This document shows positions 21,219 through 31,887 of a DNA stretch of 35,695 nucleotides, piece by piece. The first letter of the stretch is position 1; every line of letters starts with the position of its first letter. This DNA comes from Perkinsus olseni (lineage: Eukaryota): the NCBI GenBank assembly GCA_013115125.1, contig JABANN010000359.1, positions 1-35,695 on the forward strand, read 5' to 3'. Below the pieces are notes generated by a model. It saw only the letters and a program-made list of their open reading frames with translations. It ran no database searches and was not told the DNA's origin. The position numbers and the translations under genes are program-made.

Positions 21219-24200
21219 TCATGCTCCAGCCACAGCCTTTTCCTCTCTTGGAGAGCTGGCCGCCTCTTGCTGTTTCGAGGAGCCATGCAGCCCTTCGGAT
21301 ATCACAGCATTGAGAGCAGGGAACTCTCGGTCGTCTCCAGATTCTGATTTAGCGGGCTTTCGCTGATTGCCTGAAAAGGACGACTTTCGCCGAAGCCATA
21401 GCAGCTCGCAGGCCTCGCGGGACGAGGGGCCTACGTTTTCCCGCCTTCTTGTTTTTGTTCGTATTATCGCGCAGCTTGAGGACGCGCGGGCCGGATGAGT
21501 CGAGCACCTACGGGCATGCGAGAGTACGACTTTACAAGCAAGTGCGCTGACTTTACCGGTGGTGCAGATTTGTCCGAGTCCTTTGCTTCAACATTCTTCG
21601 TGAAGTCCACTCGCTCGCCCGCTGAGATTGCTTTCACCATCTCCTCAGCTCGGGCAGCAGACTCCGGTTGACCAGTTATCCGACAGTTAGACTGGCCCTC
21701 CTTGGCCTGGTCGAAATCAATCGAGGTAACTCCAGTGACTGCCTTGATACGCTGTATCTACGGAAAAAACAGAGTTACCCAGTGACCGATATGGCACTGG
21801 CAAGCTCACCGTCCTGCCCTTTGCTCCAATGACGAGCCTCACGGTGTCCTCAGGGATCTCGAACTCAATGGTTTCCGTCCCGCTGGTAGCGTCTCGTAAG
21901 TCGTTAACCAGTTGACCGAGCATCTGCAAGTACACAAGGATATGCCAAAGACTAGAAACAGCGCAGCCTTACTCTCTTTGCTTGGACAACATCAGCCTTG
22001 GAGCCAATGAGTCTGATATCTCGGCGGGTGCCATTCCGTCCCCCAGCGGCTGGCGATCGGCCGCTTCCTTTACCGCTGCCACCCAACAGCGTCAAGTTGG
22101 TACCGGTTTCCTTGCCAATCTGATTGAGCTTCGCTGCCCGATCTCTCATCAAAGTGCCGATAACGGCATCAGCGAGCTTGGCATCACCACTGCAAGCTCC
22201 GAGCACCGCGAAGGTCTCGGTAACCTCAGCGTTAGTGGCCACGTTCGGTATGTCCTTCTTAGCACTAGCCACAGCCTCAGGGATACCAATAAGCTCCAGC
22301 CTGGGTCCGGAGTTCTCGTTGTCGATGCCGCCGCCCCGCTTGAACAACACTCGAGTGAGATGATTCTTCAACCGCAGCAGTTCAACGTTGGCGGACCGCA
22401 TCCAGACGTTAACATCACCGCTGGGGACGGGAACCGTCTCGAAGCTCATGGCAGCCTCCTCGACCAGCTTCTGCAGTTCCTTGGCAGCCTGTTCAGCTTC
22501 ATCTTGACTTTGGGAGAGAACAGTGATCTTCTTCTCCTCGGGGTCCTTCACGATACGGCACCCGCCTCGATACTCCCGCTTTATGATCGACAGACGCGGC
22601 CCAAGCAGAGCGTTGGCTGAGAACAGCTTCTCCCGCTGGTCCTTCGTCTCGACTGGTACCACCACTCGAGCGACAGCCTTGATAGCGCTGTTGAGGACCT
22701 TGCAAGCTTCACTAACCTTGGCTTCGGTTGGGCCCCTGACCGTCACCGTAGCCTTCTGGTTGTTGAATCTTGCCTGCACAAAGCAGCCCGTCTGGGACTG
22801 GATCTTCCTCAGTCCCATCGCACCGTCACCCATCACACAGCGTAACGTTTCGGTGTCAAACGTGACCACTTTACTGACAGAATTCTGCGCCCTATCAGCA
22901 GTTCTCATGGCGGCCTTGATCTCATCGGCAGCCTGCTTGACCAGAGTTCCCTTGGTGGGGCCATGGACGACGATATCCGTGTTACCAAAGGTGATAAAGA
23001 GGGACTGCTCGTCAGAGGTCTCAAGCTTCCTGACTACGTCTCCGGCGCGTCTGCGAGCACCGGGAACGTCAGTGGGAATCGGTACGCGGACCACGTTGTT
23101 GACGTCAATCAGCTTCAACTGTTGTACTGCGGCTGCGAGGGCTTCTTCCGAGTTAGCAGAGACACGAACGCCGCGAACTAAACCGGTCTCACCATAGAGG
23201 GGCTCGAGTAGGGCAGTGACGGACTTCTCGACACGGGGTAGGATGGATGGTTGACCTTCTGGAGGGAAGAGCAGACCGATCAGCCGTGCCTGAGCAACGA
23301 AAAGGGTAACCATTCGTTGGATGGCCCATGGCCGATGCGCACTACCCGTCACGCACCTGGACGCCATCCTCAAATCCTGTGGATATCATCGGTAGCTCGA
23401 GCTCCTGCAAGTCGGTAACTTCTTCACGGAGCATCTTCCCCAGCCTGGTCGCCCGTCGGCTCTCGATGGCTTCCTCTCGCTGCTGCTTCCTCTTCTCCCT
23501 CTGCTGCTCCTGACCTTCGCTCAGTTCCTTCTTCACCAGAGTCATCCGGTGTTGCAGGTTTCTGAACATCTCGTGCGCGGCCGTCGGGATGAGCTCTGCC
23601 TGCGCGGACTCTAGCATGCCCGTGACCTCCTCCGAAGGTGACAGCTGCGAGAGCTCGAATATCTGTTGACGCAGGCGCAGAGTAGTCTGGCGCTTGTCCT
23701 TCGGCTTGGGAGGCAGGTCGGCACGGATATCCTCCACTTGCTGATCGAGCGGGCTAACGAGGGCCTGGAAATCGGGCCATTCAAGCTCTCGGAGCTTGTT
23801 CTTGGTGGTGGCGTCGATCATGGCATCCATCTTAGCCTTAGAAGGAAAGTCGGGGACGGGTGGGAAAAGGGAGGGGTCCTGCGGTAGTGACGGGATGTTC
23901 CGCTGACACGATCAGCTTGGGTGTCTTCCTACCGCCTTTATCGGTTTGGGCTCATCCTGCTCAGCCTCTGCCTTCCTCTGCAAACGCTTCTTTCTCTTTA
24001 ACTGGCTTTTAGTCAGCTCGACGGGCTTTGGCTCCTCCTCTTCCTCTTGAACGGCCTGCTCAATAGAAACTGTGCCAACAACCGGTTTCCATAGTCCTTA
24101 CCTCCTTGTGAGCTCGACGACGCCTCCTGCGACGACGGGCGGCGCTGCTACTGACGGCAGGCTGAGGGGAGTCTATGGGATCCACCGGAGACTTTGGCTC

Positions 24201-24356
24201 CAACGGGGAATCGGCCCCCACTGTAGTCGGGGCAGGGGACATCGCCACTGCGGCCGGGGGCTCCTTGGCCAGGATCGAGCCAGTGGAGACCGGCCCAGCC
24301 GTAGTGGTGGGAGCACTGAGGGATGACGGCTTGTTATTTCTTCTTCTGTGAGGCAT
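21219..24356 (-). CDS. Multi-KH-domain RNA-binding protein (vigilin/Scp160-like) with N-terminal basic/coiled-coil region
   Basis: Repeated KH-like units (VMGDGAMGLRKIQSQTGC...VTVRGP; LMRDRAAKLNQIGKETG...IRLIGS; VRLVIGAKGRT|IQRIKAVTG...CRITGQ). Starts MPHRRRNNKP. The last exon ...DDREFPALNAV...AVAGA* stops at 21221-21219. Confidence 0.82.
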
Positions 24357-24692
24357 AGTGATAAAAAAAGAAAACAGACACTAGAGAGACCAGACTTAGG
24401 CAACCGAGGCTCTCTCGGTTAGCAGGCAACACAACAACAGCCCGGAATGACGACGACCAATCTTCACCCGAACCACGACTGAGCATGGGAGCGGCAAGAA
24501 GCCTCGGGGATCCGCAAGAGCCTGCAGGGAATCCCTTAACCGAGCCTGAATTTGCTAGGATTCGCTACGGAAGCCTTGAAGTGGGCATACCCTCCTTTCA
24601 GAGGGAGCCGCTTTGATGGGGCCTAGGGGAGGACACAAGCCGTAGGCCAGTAGCTCAAGTGAGACACGGCACACCTCTCCCTCTTAGCACGA

Positions 24693-26344
24693 CTACGTCT
24701 CCTCCTTCTCCTCAGCAGGCGGCGTCGGCCGACCCTCAAGAGCCGTTGAACCCTCGCATACATACCAGACCACGAAGGCTCCACCAAGTGCCCTGACGAG
24801 CCTGACAGAGCACAGCATACCGACGATGATGCCGGAGACAGAAGATGAAACTCCGAGAACTGACGAAGGAGTACCTTTTGTCCACTCCGGAGGATGAGCA
24901 GGTTTTAGGGGAGATATTCTCGAGGCCGCGGAGCAGTTCGGTAGCGGAAGTGATGAAAACCTGACGATACTTCGGAACTACAAGCGAGCGACCGATGTGT
25001 TACCTCCTGATAAGCTCCGCACAGTTCTCAAAGCCTCGCTTGTTTGCGGACTCCAGCTTACCGAGGGAGCCTTCCACAACATCATAAGGGCCGTGAACAT
25101 GACCATTCCCCTTCGGACAGCGAAGCTTGGTATAAGTCTTAGATACATCACGGAGCTTCCGAGCTACAGTCCGCATCTCCTCATCCCTCGTTTCCATACC
25201 ATCCGCCAGAGCCGGAGCTCTCATAAGCTTCCTACTGGCAGTCGGCCCCACCTCCCTGGGCGATTCCGAGAGACTCGGCTTCTCCAGCTCGCCACCGCCG
25301 TACTTCACCCCATCAACTGTTAGCGACAGCTGACCCTCGCGAGGGCTGTTGACAATCGAACATTTCCTTTTCGTCGGCGCTGCTGTCGATGAGCCAGTAA
25401 CCTTGACGGGTCCTTGAGGGACCCGATTGGAGCTGCTCTGCTGCTTCTTGAGCCGGCCTCTGGTAGGAACCCCTCGTAGCCCAGCTGAGTAGCCGACAGT
25501 GACGCCCTCGTTGACCTCTCCTTTCAAGAACGCGCCAAACATACGCAGAGCTCGGGCATCATTGGTAACGGCAAATGCCTTCTTCTGAGCGGCCGATATC
25601 GCTTCTTGTACAGGATGGTCAGCCGAGACGTGATAAAACCAGCCATCCCAGTCCGAGTCTAGAGCGGCCTTCTGGGCACCGGCGGAGGTCTCGGTGGTGA
25701 GGAGGGCGAAGAACGCCGGTGGAAGGAACTTGACGCCGTCCACTGACGCGGTTAGACATGCCCTGAGCCGGCCTTGAGATTTGGTGACGGAGAGGTACAG
25801 AGTGGCCAAAAAGAATAGATAGTCCTGTAGAAGACCGTACGAGAGAGACGGCTGTCACGGGGCACTCACTTGCAGCGTTGGTGGCAGCGGGCACCAAATG
25901 GTACAGAGCTCCAAGAGGAACATCGAGAGGCCATCATAGTCCACTGAAGAGGAGGAACCAACGTCCCGAGGAAGATGACCGACGGCTCTTACTTAGATCA
26001 CGACCCTCGCCGCCAGCGGTAGAGTGAGCCTCCCCGGACCAATCGCCACGAGCAGAATCCACAGCTTCGTTCAACTGGAAGTCACTAAGAAGGGATTTCT
26101 GAAAGACAACAGTCACCTCACGACAACGACGATCAACACACACCTGCAAACGGACGTTCAGTTGTACATATTCTTCCTGGCCTACGCCCTCTTCTTCAGA
26201 TACAGTCTCCCAAAACAGTCGCATAAGGAACTGCAGGTGATCGCTCTCGTACAGAGCAGCTTGCATCCGCACCAGCAGACCAGAGTCCAGGGTGGAAGCC
26301 TCGTCCGACGGGACACTTCCGGCTCGACCCGACAAGGCGGACAT
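24693..26344 (-). CDS. Hypothetical protein with N-terminal degenerate EF-hand-like helical domain
   Basis: Spliced: ...FWETVSEEEGVGQEEYVQLNVRLQ|KSLLSDF...ARGDW...DL|MDYDGLSMFLLELCTIW...|DYLFFLATLYLSVT joined to ORF 25000-25809. Probable end ...AEEKEET* at 24693. The pattern resembles a domain I recall from protist hypothetical proteins; this is not verified. Confidence 0.65.
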
Positions 26345-26728
26345 GATGAGGCAGAGAGAAAACCTCTAAAAAGATAAAAATCTGTAGAATATGACATTGG
26401 TGTCCGACTATAGATATACCCATTAGAGAAATGATCCAGCACGACAATAATCAACAGTAACTATAGATTCTATAGTATAGAATTCTCGTAAAAAACGGGA
26501 GTCGTTTCCCTTTCCTTGAACTCGACAGGACAGCCATAAAAAAGCGCTTTCTCGGGTGTTTGGGTAGTATCTCCTCGACACGCTGGTGGAGAGATGATAG
26601 CATCATAACTATGATAAATCTCAATTGATAACGACGACAGCACACTGCTACTACGAGAAGGACCGTACGGTCCAACATGGATAGAGCTGGGTGTATTATA
26701 GTATGGAAGAGGGAATAATCCCGGGTGT

Positions 26729-27557
26729 TTAGATACCGGTAAGCTGGCGCTGTTCATAACGCCTTCCTCGAGACTGGCCGTCCCTGGCATCACCGATGGT
26801 ACTGTAGCGAGCGCCACCCAAGGCCTGCATTCCGGAGGATCCATGGCGCGGCAGATGGGGCACGGCGTCTTGGGTCCAACGCTGGTCGAACTCAGCAGCG
26901 GTGTCTTCAGTGAGGCCACCGCGGAACATGTCTTGGGTATTTTGGTCACCAGTGTTGCGGTTGCGGCTACGAACGACCCTGCGACCTGAGCAGGAACAGA
27001 ATGTTGTTTTCGAGAGAGCGCAGCAAGCTGACCTTGTTCGCCCATGGTCCTCTCCAAAGCCATCTTGTCCATGCCCGTGCCCGAGTTGGTGTACATCTCC
27101 TGTTGTTCTCGTAGCTGTCGGTCAGTATCTCCTACGGTCGAGCTTCGATACTGCTCGGTCACCGTCTTGCCGTCGGATCCTCGAGTACTGGAGGAGACGT
27201 AAACCTGATATAAGGATCAGAGCCATCGGAGGCACCAACGCAGAGCTCGAGCTACCTGACTGGAATACTGCCCTTGTTGAGGTTGCCCAGCGGACAGCAT
27301 CCCTCCAAAGAAGCTATCACCATCGTTACGGGTCATGCGGGTCATGTCCCTCTCCATCCCTTGCATCATACTGTCCATAGCCTGAACAACACACTGTGAA
27401 CTAAGCCACAGCCCAACCGGGATGCTACCTCCTCTTGCGCCCGGAACATCCTGTCGAACGCCCCGAACCCGAAGAGGTCGTCTTCGGCCTGCTCTGCCCG
27501 AGCTAGCTGCCGCTCAGCTCGGCGCTCATCGAAACGGCGAGATACTCTGTCGAACAT
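26729..27557 (-). CDS. Myeloid leukemia factor (MLF) family protein
   Basis: Met/Phe/Gly-rich N-terminus (DLFGFGAFDRMF...MDSMMQGM), then VYVSSSTRGSDGKTVTE...QEMYTNSGTGMDKMALERTMGEQ|GRRVVRSRNRNTGDQ...AAEFDQRW, which matches the MLF domain pattern. Three introns. Confidence 0.8.
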
Positions 27558-27740
27558 AATTTCGCTGTAAAAGTAAATCTACAAGAAACTCGTCAAAAAA
27601 CCCGCTGGCCCTCCCGAACACAACGCAGCCTGAACGATCGCCACCATAAATAGTTGAGTGTCCGAAGGGACGCAAAGGCGGTAAGCATGAATGATACAAA
27701 TAAGCACCATGATGAATTATGCAGAGGAGCGGAGAGAGCA

Positions 27741-29634
27741 CTACGTGCTGGTGCCTCCGCTGCCGGGGAACCGATACTGCGCTCTTGGCGGGTCTGGCAG
27801 GACCCATTGACCCCGACGCCTGTCAAACACGAACCTGAGGAGAGCACCGCCCATTAGCGTTGAAGACATTCTATACCAACCACTCACTTGTTCTCAGACC
27901 CGAGGTGCGCTCGAGTTGGGAACAGCTTCCGCTGAACTGCCGTGAATAGCGGCCTGACCGCGTCAGTCAATCCTGAGACACGTGACGATCAGCGGTAAGA
28001 GACAGCACCTCCTCGTTCTCATGTGTTTTCACCTCTAGGCTCGTCTGGATCCAGCGGTTGACCTGTCTCCTCATCCCACTCATCGTACTCATCGTCCTCC
28101 TCAATTTGCGCGAGTTCTTGCTCACTATAATGGTGCCTCATCGGCCGCATCACCTCAGAGGACTTCTCACCGCTACCGATGTCAGGCGGTACAGGAGCCC
28201 CTGAGAAGCCACAATGGTCACCTACAGAGAATCAATCACCCGCCTATCACTACCAGTTGCCTCCATCCTCATCGTGAGCAGCTCTAGTACGTCTTCATGA
28301 CCAGCGATGGCTGCCGCTTCGAAGCAGGTGTAACCTCGCTGGTCGCGGACCCTCAATAGTTCAGCTAGCACCGGTGACTCCAACCGAGCCAGGATCTCAA
28401 CGACACAGTCCGCCTGACCCAGAGTAGAGGCCTCGTGGAGGGCGGTACAGCCAGCATGGTCAACCAAGAGGACTTCATCTCGGCGACAGGCGCCCAGAAG
28501 GAGAGCCGTCACCACTGGGTAACCATAGCGACATGCAAAGTGCAGTGGAGTTTGACCGAAAGTGTCTACAGGGAAGGCGGAGTCGATGTGTCGCAAGAGG
28601 AGCTGTACGGTATAAGCACAGCCACCAGCACAAGCATAGTGGAGGGGCGTCCGACCCGACACTGTATCGGGCATATCCAGGCTCCCTCCCACCTGAAAGG
28701 GACACAGCGATTATCACAAAAACAACACGAAAGGAGATAGTACCTGCCGGTATGCTTCCACGAAAAAGTAGTTACCATCCAAGGCTGCTTGATAGACCGA
28801 TTGAACGCTTGAAGGGTCCTTTTCGAGATAACCGTCGAGTCTACTGTTGTACCACCATACCTTATCATCCCTCGCCGCCACTTGCCGCCAACCACCAAAG
28901 GCTTCCAGGAGTGACGGCGGTGGAGTGGCCCACGGTAGGGTCCGACCAGAGCGCCGTTCGACAAATCTCATACAGCCGTCCCTAGCTACCAGTGACCAGT
29001 CTGGAGGGAGCTCCTCAGTAAACATAGCAGTACCAGACTCTTGACCAAGTGACACACCGAGCTCAGGTGTAGGGGGTAGACCACTGCCGGACCCGTGAGA
29101 GTCACCGAGACGGCGTTCCTGGGGTACCATACTGGAGTCACACATAAAGCGACTGGCCTCCAGCAGCTGCCTGGGTGTCCTTCCGTCACGAGGTGACATG
29201 AACGGTGGGCTCCTCGGCTCATCGTGGTTGGCTACCTTAACCTCATAAGAAGGAGTCACCGTAGAGCAGGAAGTTGTCGCCATCGAGACACTCCTATCCT
29301 CGACTTTAAGAGCCTCCTCGCTAGCCTGTTTGATACTGTTTCGAACCGTCTCCTTCTCAACCTTCAAGGTCTCCAGCAGCACATCATCTAACAGGGCGTC
29401 TTCCTCTGCCTTGTCGCATCTCTCTAGCCAGAAGTCCATACAGTCACTATCCGCTCGACCTCTGTCCGAGACCATCAACCGACCACACTTCTCCGCTAGC
29501 AGCCGTGCAGCGGTGTCGCTGTTACTCAGGGTAGCCGACGACTGCTCTGGTGAGCCTGAGGGAAGGGCGAAAGGCTTCACACAATTTCATGGCGCACTGA
29601 GTAGCAGAGGATCCAACGTCACAGAAGAGGACAT
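27741..29634 (-). CDS. Protein with two WW-like domains, about 4-5 ankyrin repeats and a C-terminal Sec16-like motif
   Basis: WW-like LPPDWSLV...WATP and GGWRQV...VWWYN. Ankyrin motifs GRTPLHYAC, GQTPLHFAC, GCTALHEAS and GYTCFEAAA. Acidic linker. The last intron 27835-27887 gives AHLGSENK|FVFDRRRGQWVLP...TST*. The start ATG at 29634 is inferred via a short intron. Confidence 0.82.
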
Positions 29635-30115
29635 ACTTCGCTAGAAATTGGCTAGGGCCTCTCAACCATTCTATCAGAGCAGGACGCAGCCGAAAACGCG
29701 CAAATAACCGACAACACAGTAACGAGCAGGCCAACTCGACTACACGGACGTTCGACAGCACAACCCACCTGGGACTGCCGAGTCACTGCCCAGCTCAGAG
29801 AGGCTCGGACAGTAGTCGCTCCAACCATCATCACCACTACTAGCCGGACTCGGAGAACCCGGCGGGGTTCCTATGCGATGGTGCTCTATATCGAAACTAG
29901 ACATGACATCTGTCAAACCACCTGTAACCTAACGAATCTTGAACACTTAGCCCATTCCTCAACGCTCATCTACGTCCTTGAACAACATTACAGAGTGACA
30001 ACACGAAAACGACTTCAATAGAAACGGGTAAAGGTTGGGGTAAATGATAGCTTCACAACTCACAGGTATTAGCAATCAACTAAGAGGCACAGTGGTGAAT
30101 GAAGGCCTCCACTGT

Positions 30116-31358
30116 TTAGAAGCACTTCCTGTGGACGATAGTCGGTCCAACCTCATCATACTCCTCCTTGGTAATCCACATCTGCTGGAATGTCGACAAG
30201 GACGCTAATGTAGAGCCTCCGATCCACACCGAGTACTTGCGCTCGGGAGGAGCCACCACCTTGATCTTCATGGTCGACGGGGCTAGGGCTGTCAGCTCCT
30301 TGCCCATCCTCTCACGGATGCCGCTGAACATGGTAGTACCACCGGAGAGAACCACATTAGCGTAGAGATCCTTGCGAATATCCAAGTCACACTTCATGAT
30401 GGAGTTGAATAAGGTCTCGTGAATACCACAGGCCTCCTTGCCCATCAGGTCCGGCTGGAACAGCACCTCAGGACAGCGGAAGCGCTCGTTACCCAAGGTA
30501 ATGATGTTGCCATCGGGAAGCTCGTATGTCTTCTCGATCTCGCTGCTGTCGGCGGCAGACTTCATTTCTTGATCGTAATCAAGGGCAACATAGCACAACT
30601 TCTCCTTAATGTCGCGGACAATCTCGCGCTCGGCCGAAGTGGTAAAAGTGTAACCACGACCAGTGAGGATGGTCATCATGTACTCAGTCAGGTCTCTACC
30701 AGCGAGGTCCATCCGCTTGATGGCATGCGGCATAGCATACCCCTCATAGATGGGTACGGTATGAGTCACTCCATCACCAGAATCGAGGACGATACCGGTT
30801 GTTCGGCCGGAGGCATACAGAGACAGGACGGCTTGGATCTGGACGTGTACACCAGGCACGTTGAAGACCTCAAACATGATCTGCACCATGCGCTCTCGAT
30901 TGGCCTTAGGGTTCAAGGGAGCCTCTGTTAGAAGCACCTAAAGCATAGATTATAAGGAGCTGATAGAGGCCGTAACAGTGGCTTACTGGATGATCCTCAG
31001 GCTGCACTCGGAGCTCATTATAGAAGGTGTGATGCCAGATCTTCTCCATGTCGTCCCAATTGGTAACAATGCCATGCTCGATAGGGTACTTGAGAGTTAG
31101 CACACCTCTCTTCGACTGAGCTTCATCACCAACATACCACTCCCTCTGGTCCATGCCGACCATGATACCGGGCCTGAACAAGAGCCGACAAATGCGTAGG
31201 ATGTTAGTCGTGGAGGTTTCTTACATCTTAGGTCTGCCCACAATGGAAGGAAATATGGCCCGGGGGGCATCGTCACCTGCGAAGCCCGCCTTGCAAAGAC
31301 CACTGCCGTTATCAATGACAACCGCGGGAGTTTCCTCTGGAGACTCAGTGTCAGACAT
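30116..31358 (-). CDS. ACT: Actin (somewhat divergent isoform), 3 exons
   Basis: [45 protein letters not shown]...[23 protein letters not shown]...[17 protein letters not shown]...IVHRKCF*. Confidence 0.98.
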
Positions 31359-31887
31359 AATGCTCAAATAATCAGACAGAAAAACTACTAGCGATGGTCA
31401 ATGCGCTCGGGTAGCAGCAAAAGGCCTCCACGCCACACAAGGATCGACATAGGATGCCATTCGCACACAGACGCCAAGTCGTCGTTAGCTTCCGCACATT
31501 GCTCTACTCTGGTAGCCTAGCTGAGGCAGCATCGACACACTCTGCTGTAATGAAGCACGACTTCAATTCTGAGAAGTCTCTGCATCGACCTTGGATCCCA
31601 GGGGAATCATTCCCCTGAGTTGTCAGAAAAAAGTTTGACAAAAATCGACCATCATCGTATGAGGGACATATGATGAGCGAGCAGCGCATCGCGATATCGA
31701 GAAAGCAAACAAGCCCAATGCAGGGTTACTTGGAAGGCGCCGGCGGCAAGCTATCTCACGAGACCGCGGCCCGAAATGCAGGGCGTTGAGTTTTCTCAAG
31801 TGAGCAAGATGTCAAGATGTCGCTCGACCGTGGCCTTGGAGAAAATCATCTTCCTTATCTGTCTGGTTCCTACTACTACCTCTAGTG

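Noticed and set aside
22745-22759. accgtagccttctgg resembles the 5' part of the perkinsid/dinoflagellate spliced leader
   Set aside because: It is a partial match lacking the ctcaag end and lies antisense inside the KH coding exon, so it is probably chance.
21982-23197. Long plus-strand ORFs (212 and 224 aa) opposite the KH gene, and similar shadow ORFs opposite actin and the TM-LRR gene
   Set aside because: These are antisense shadows of real coding exons with no recognisable motifs.
26470-27162. 230-aa ORF in the track
   Set aside because: Only its N-terminal part is real MLF coding sequence. After the intron at ~26986-27031 the conserved reading continues in another frame and ends at 26729.
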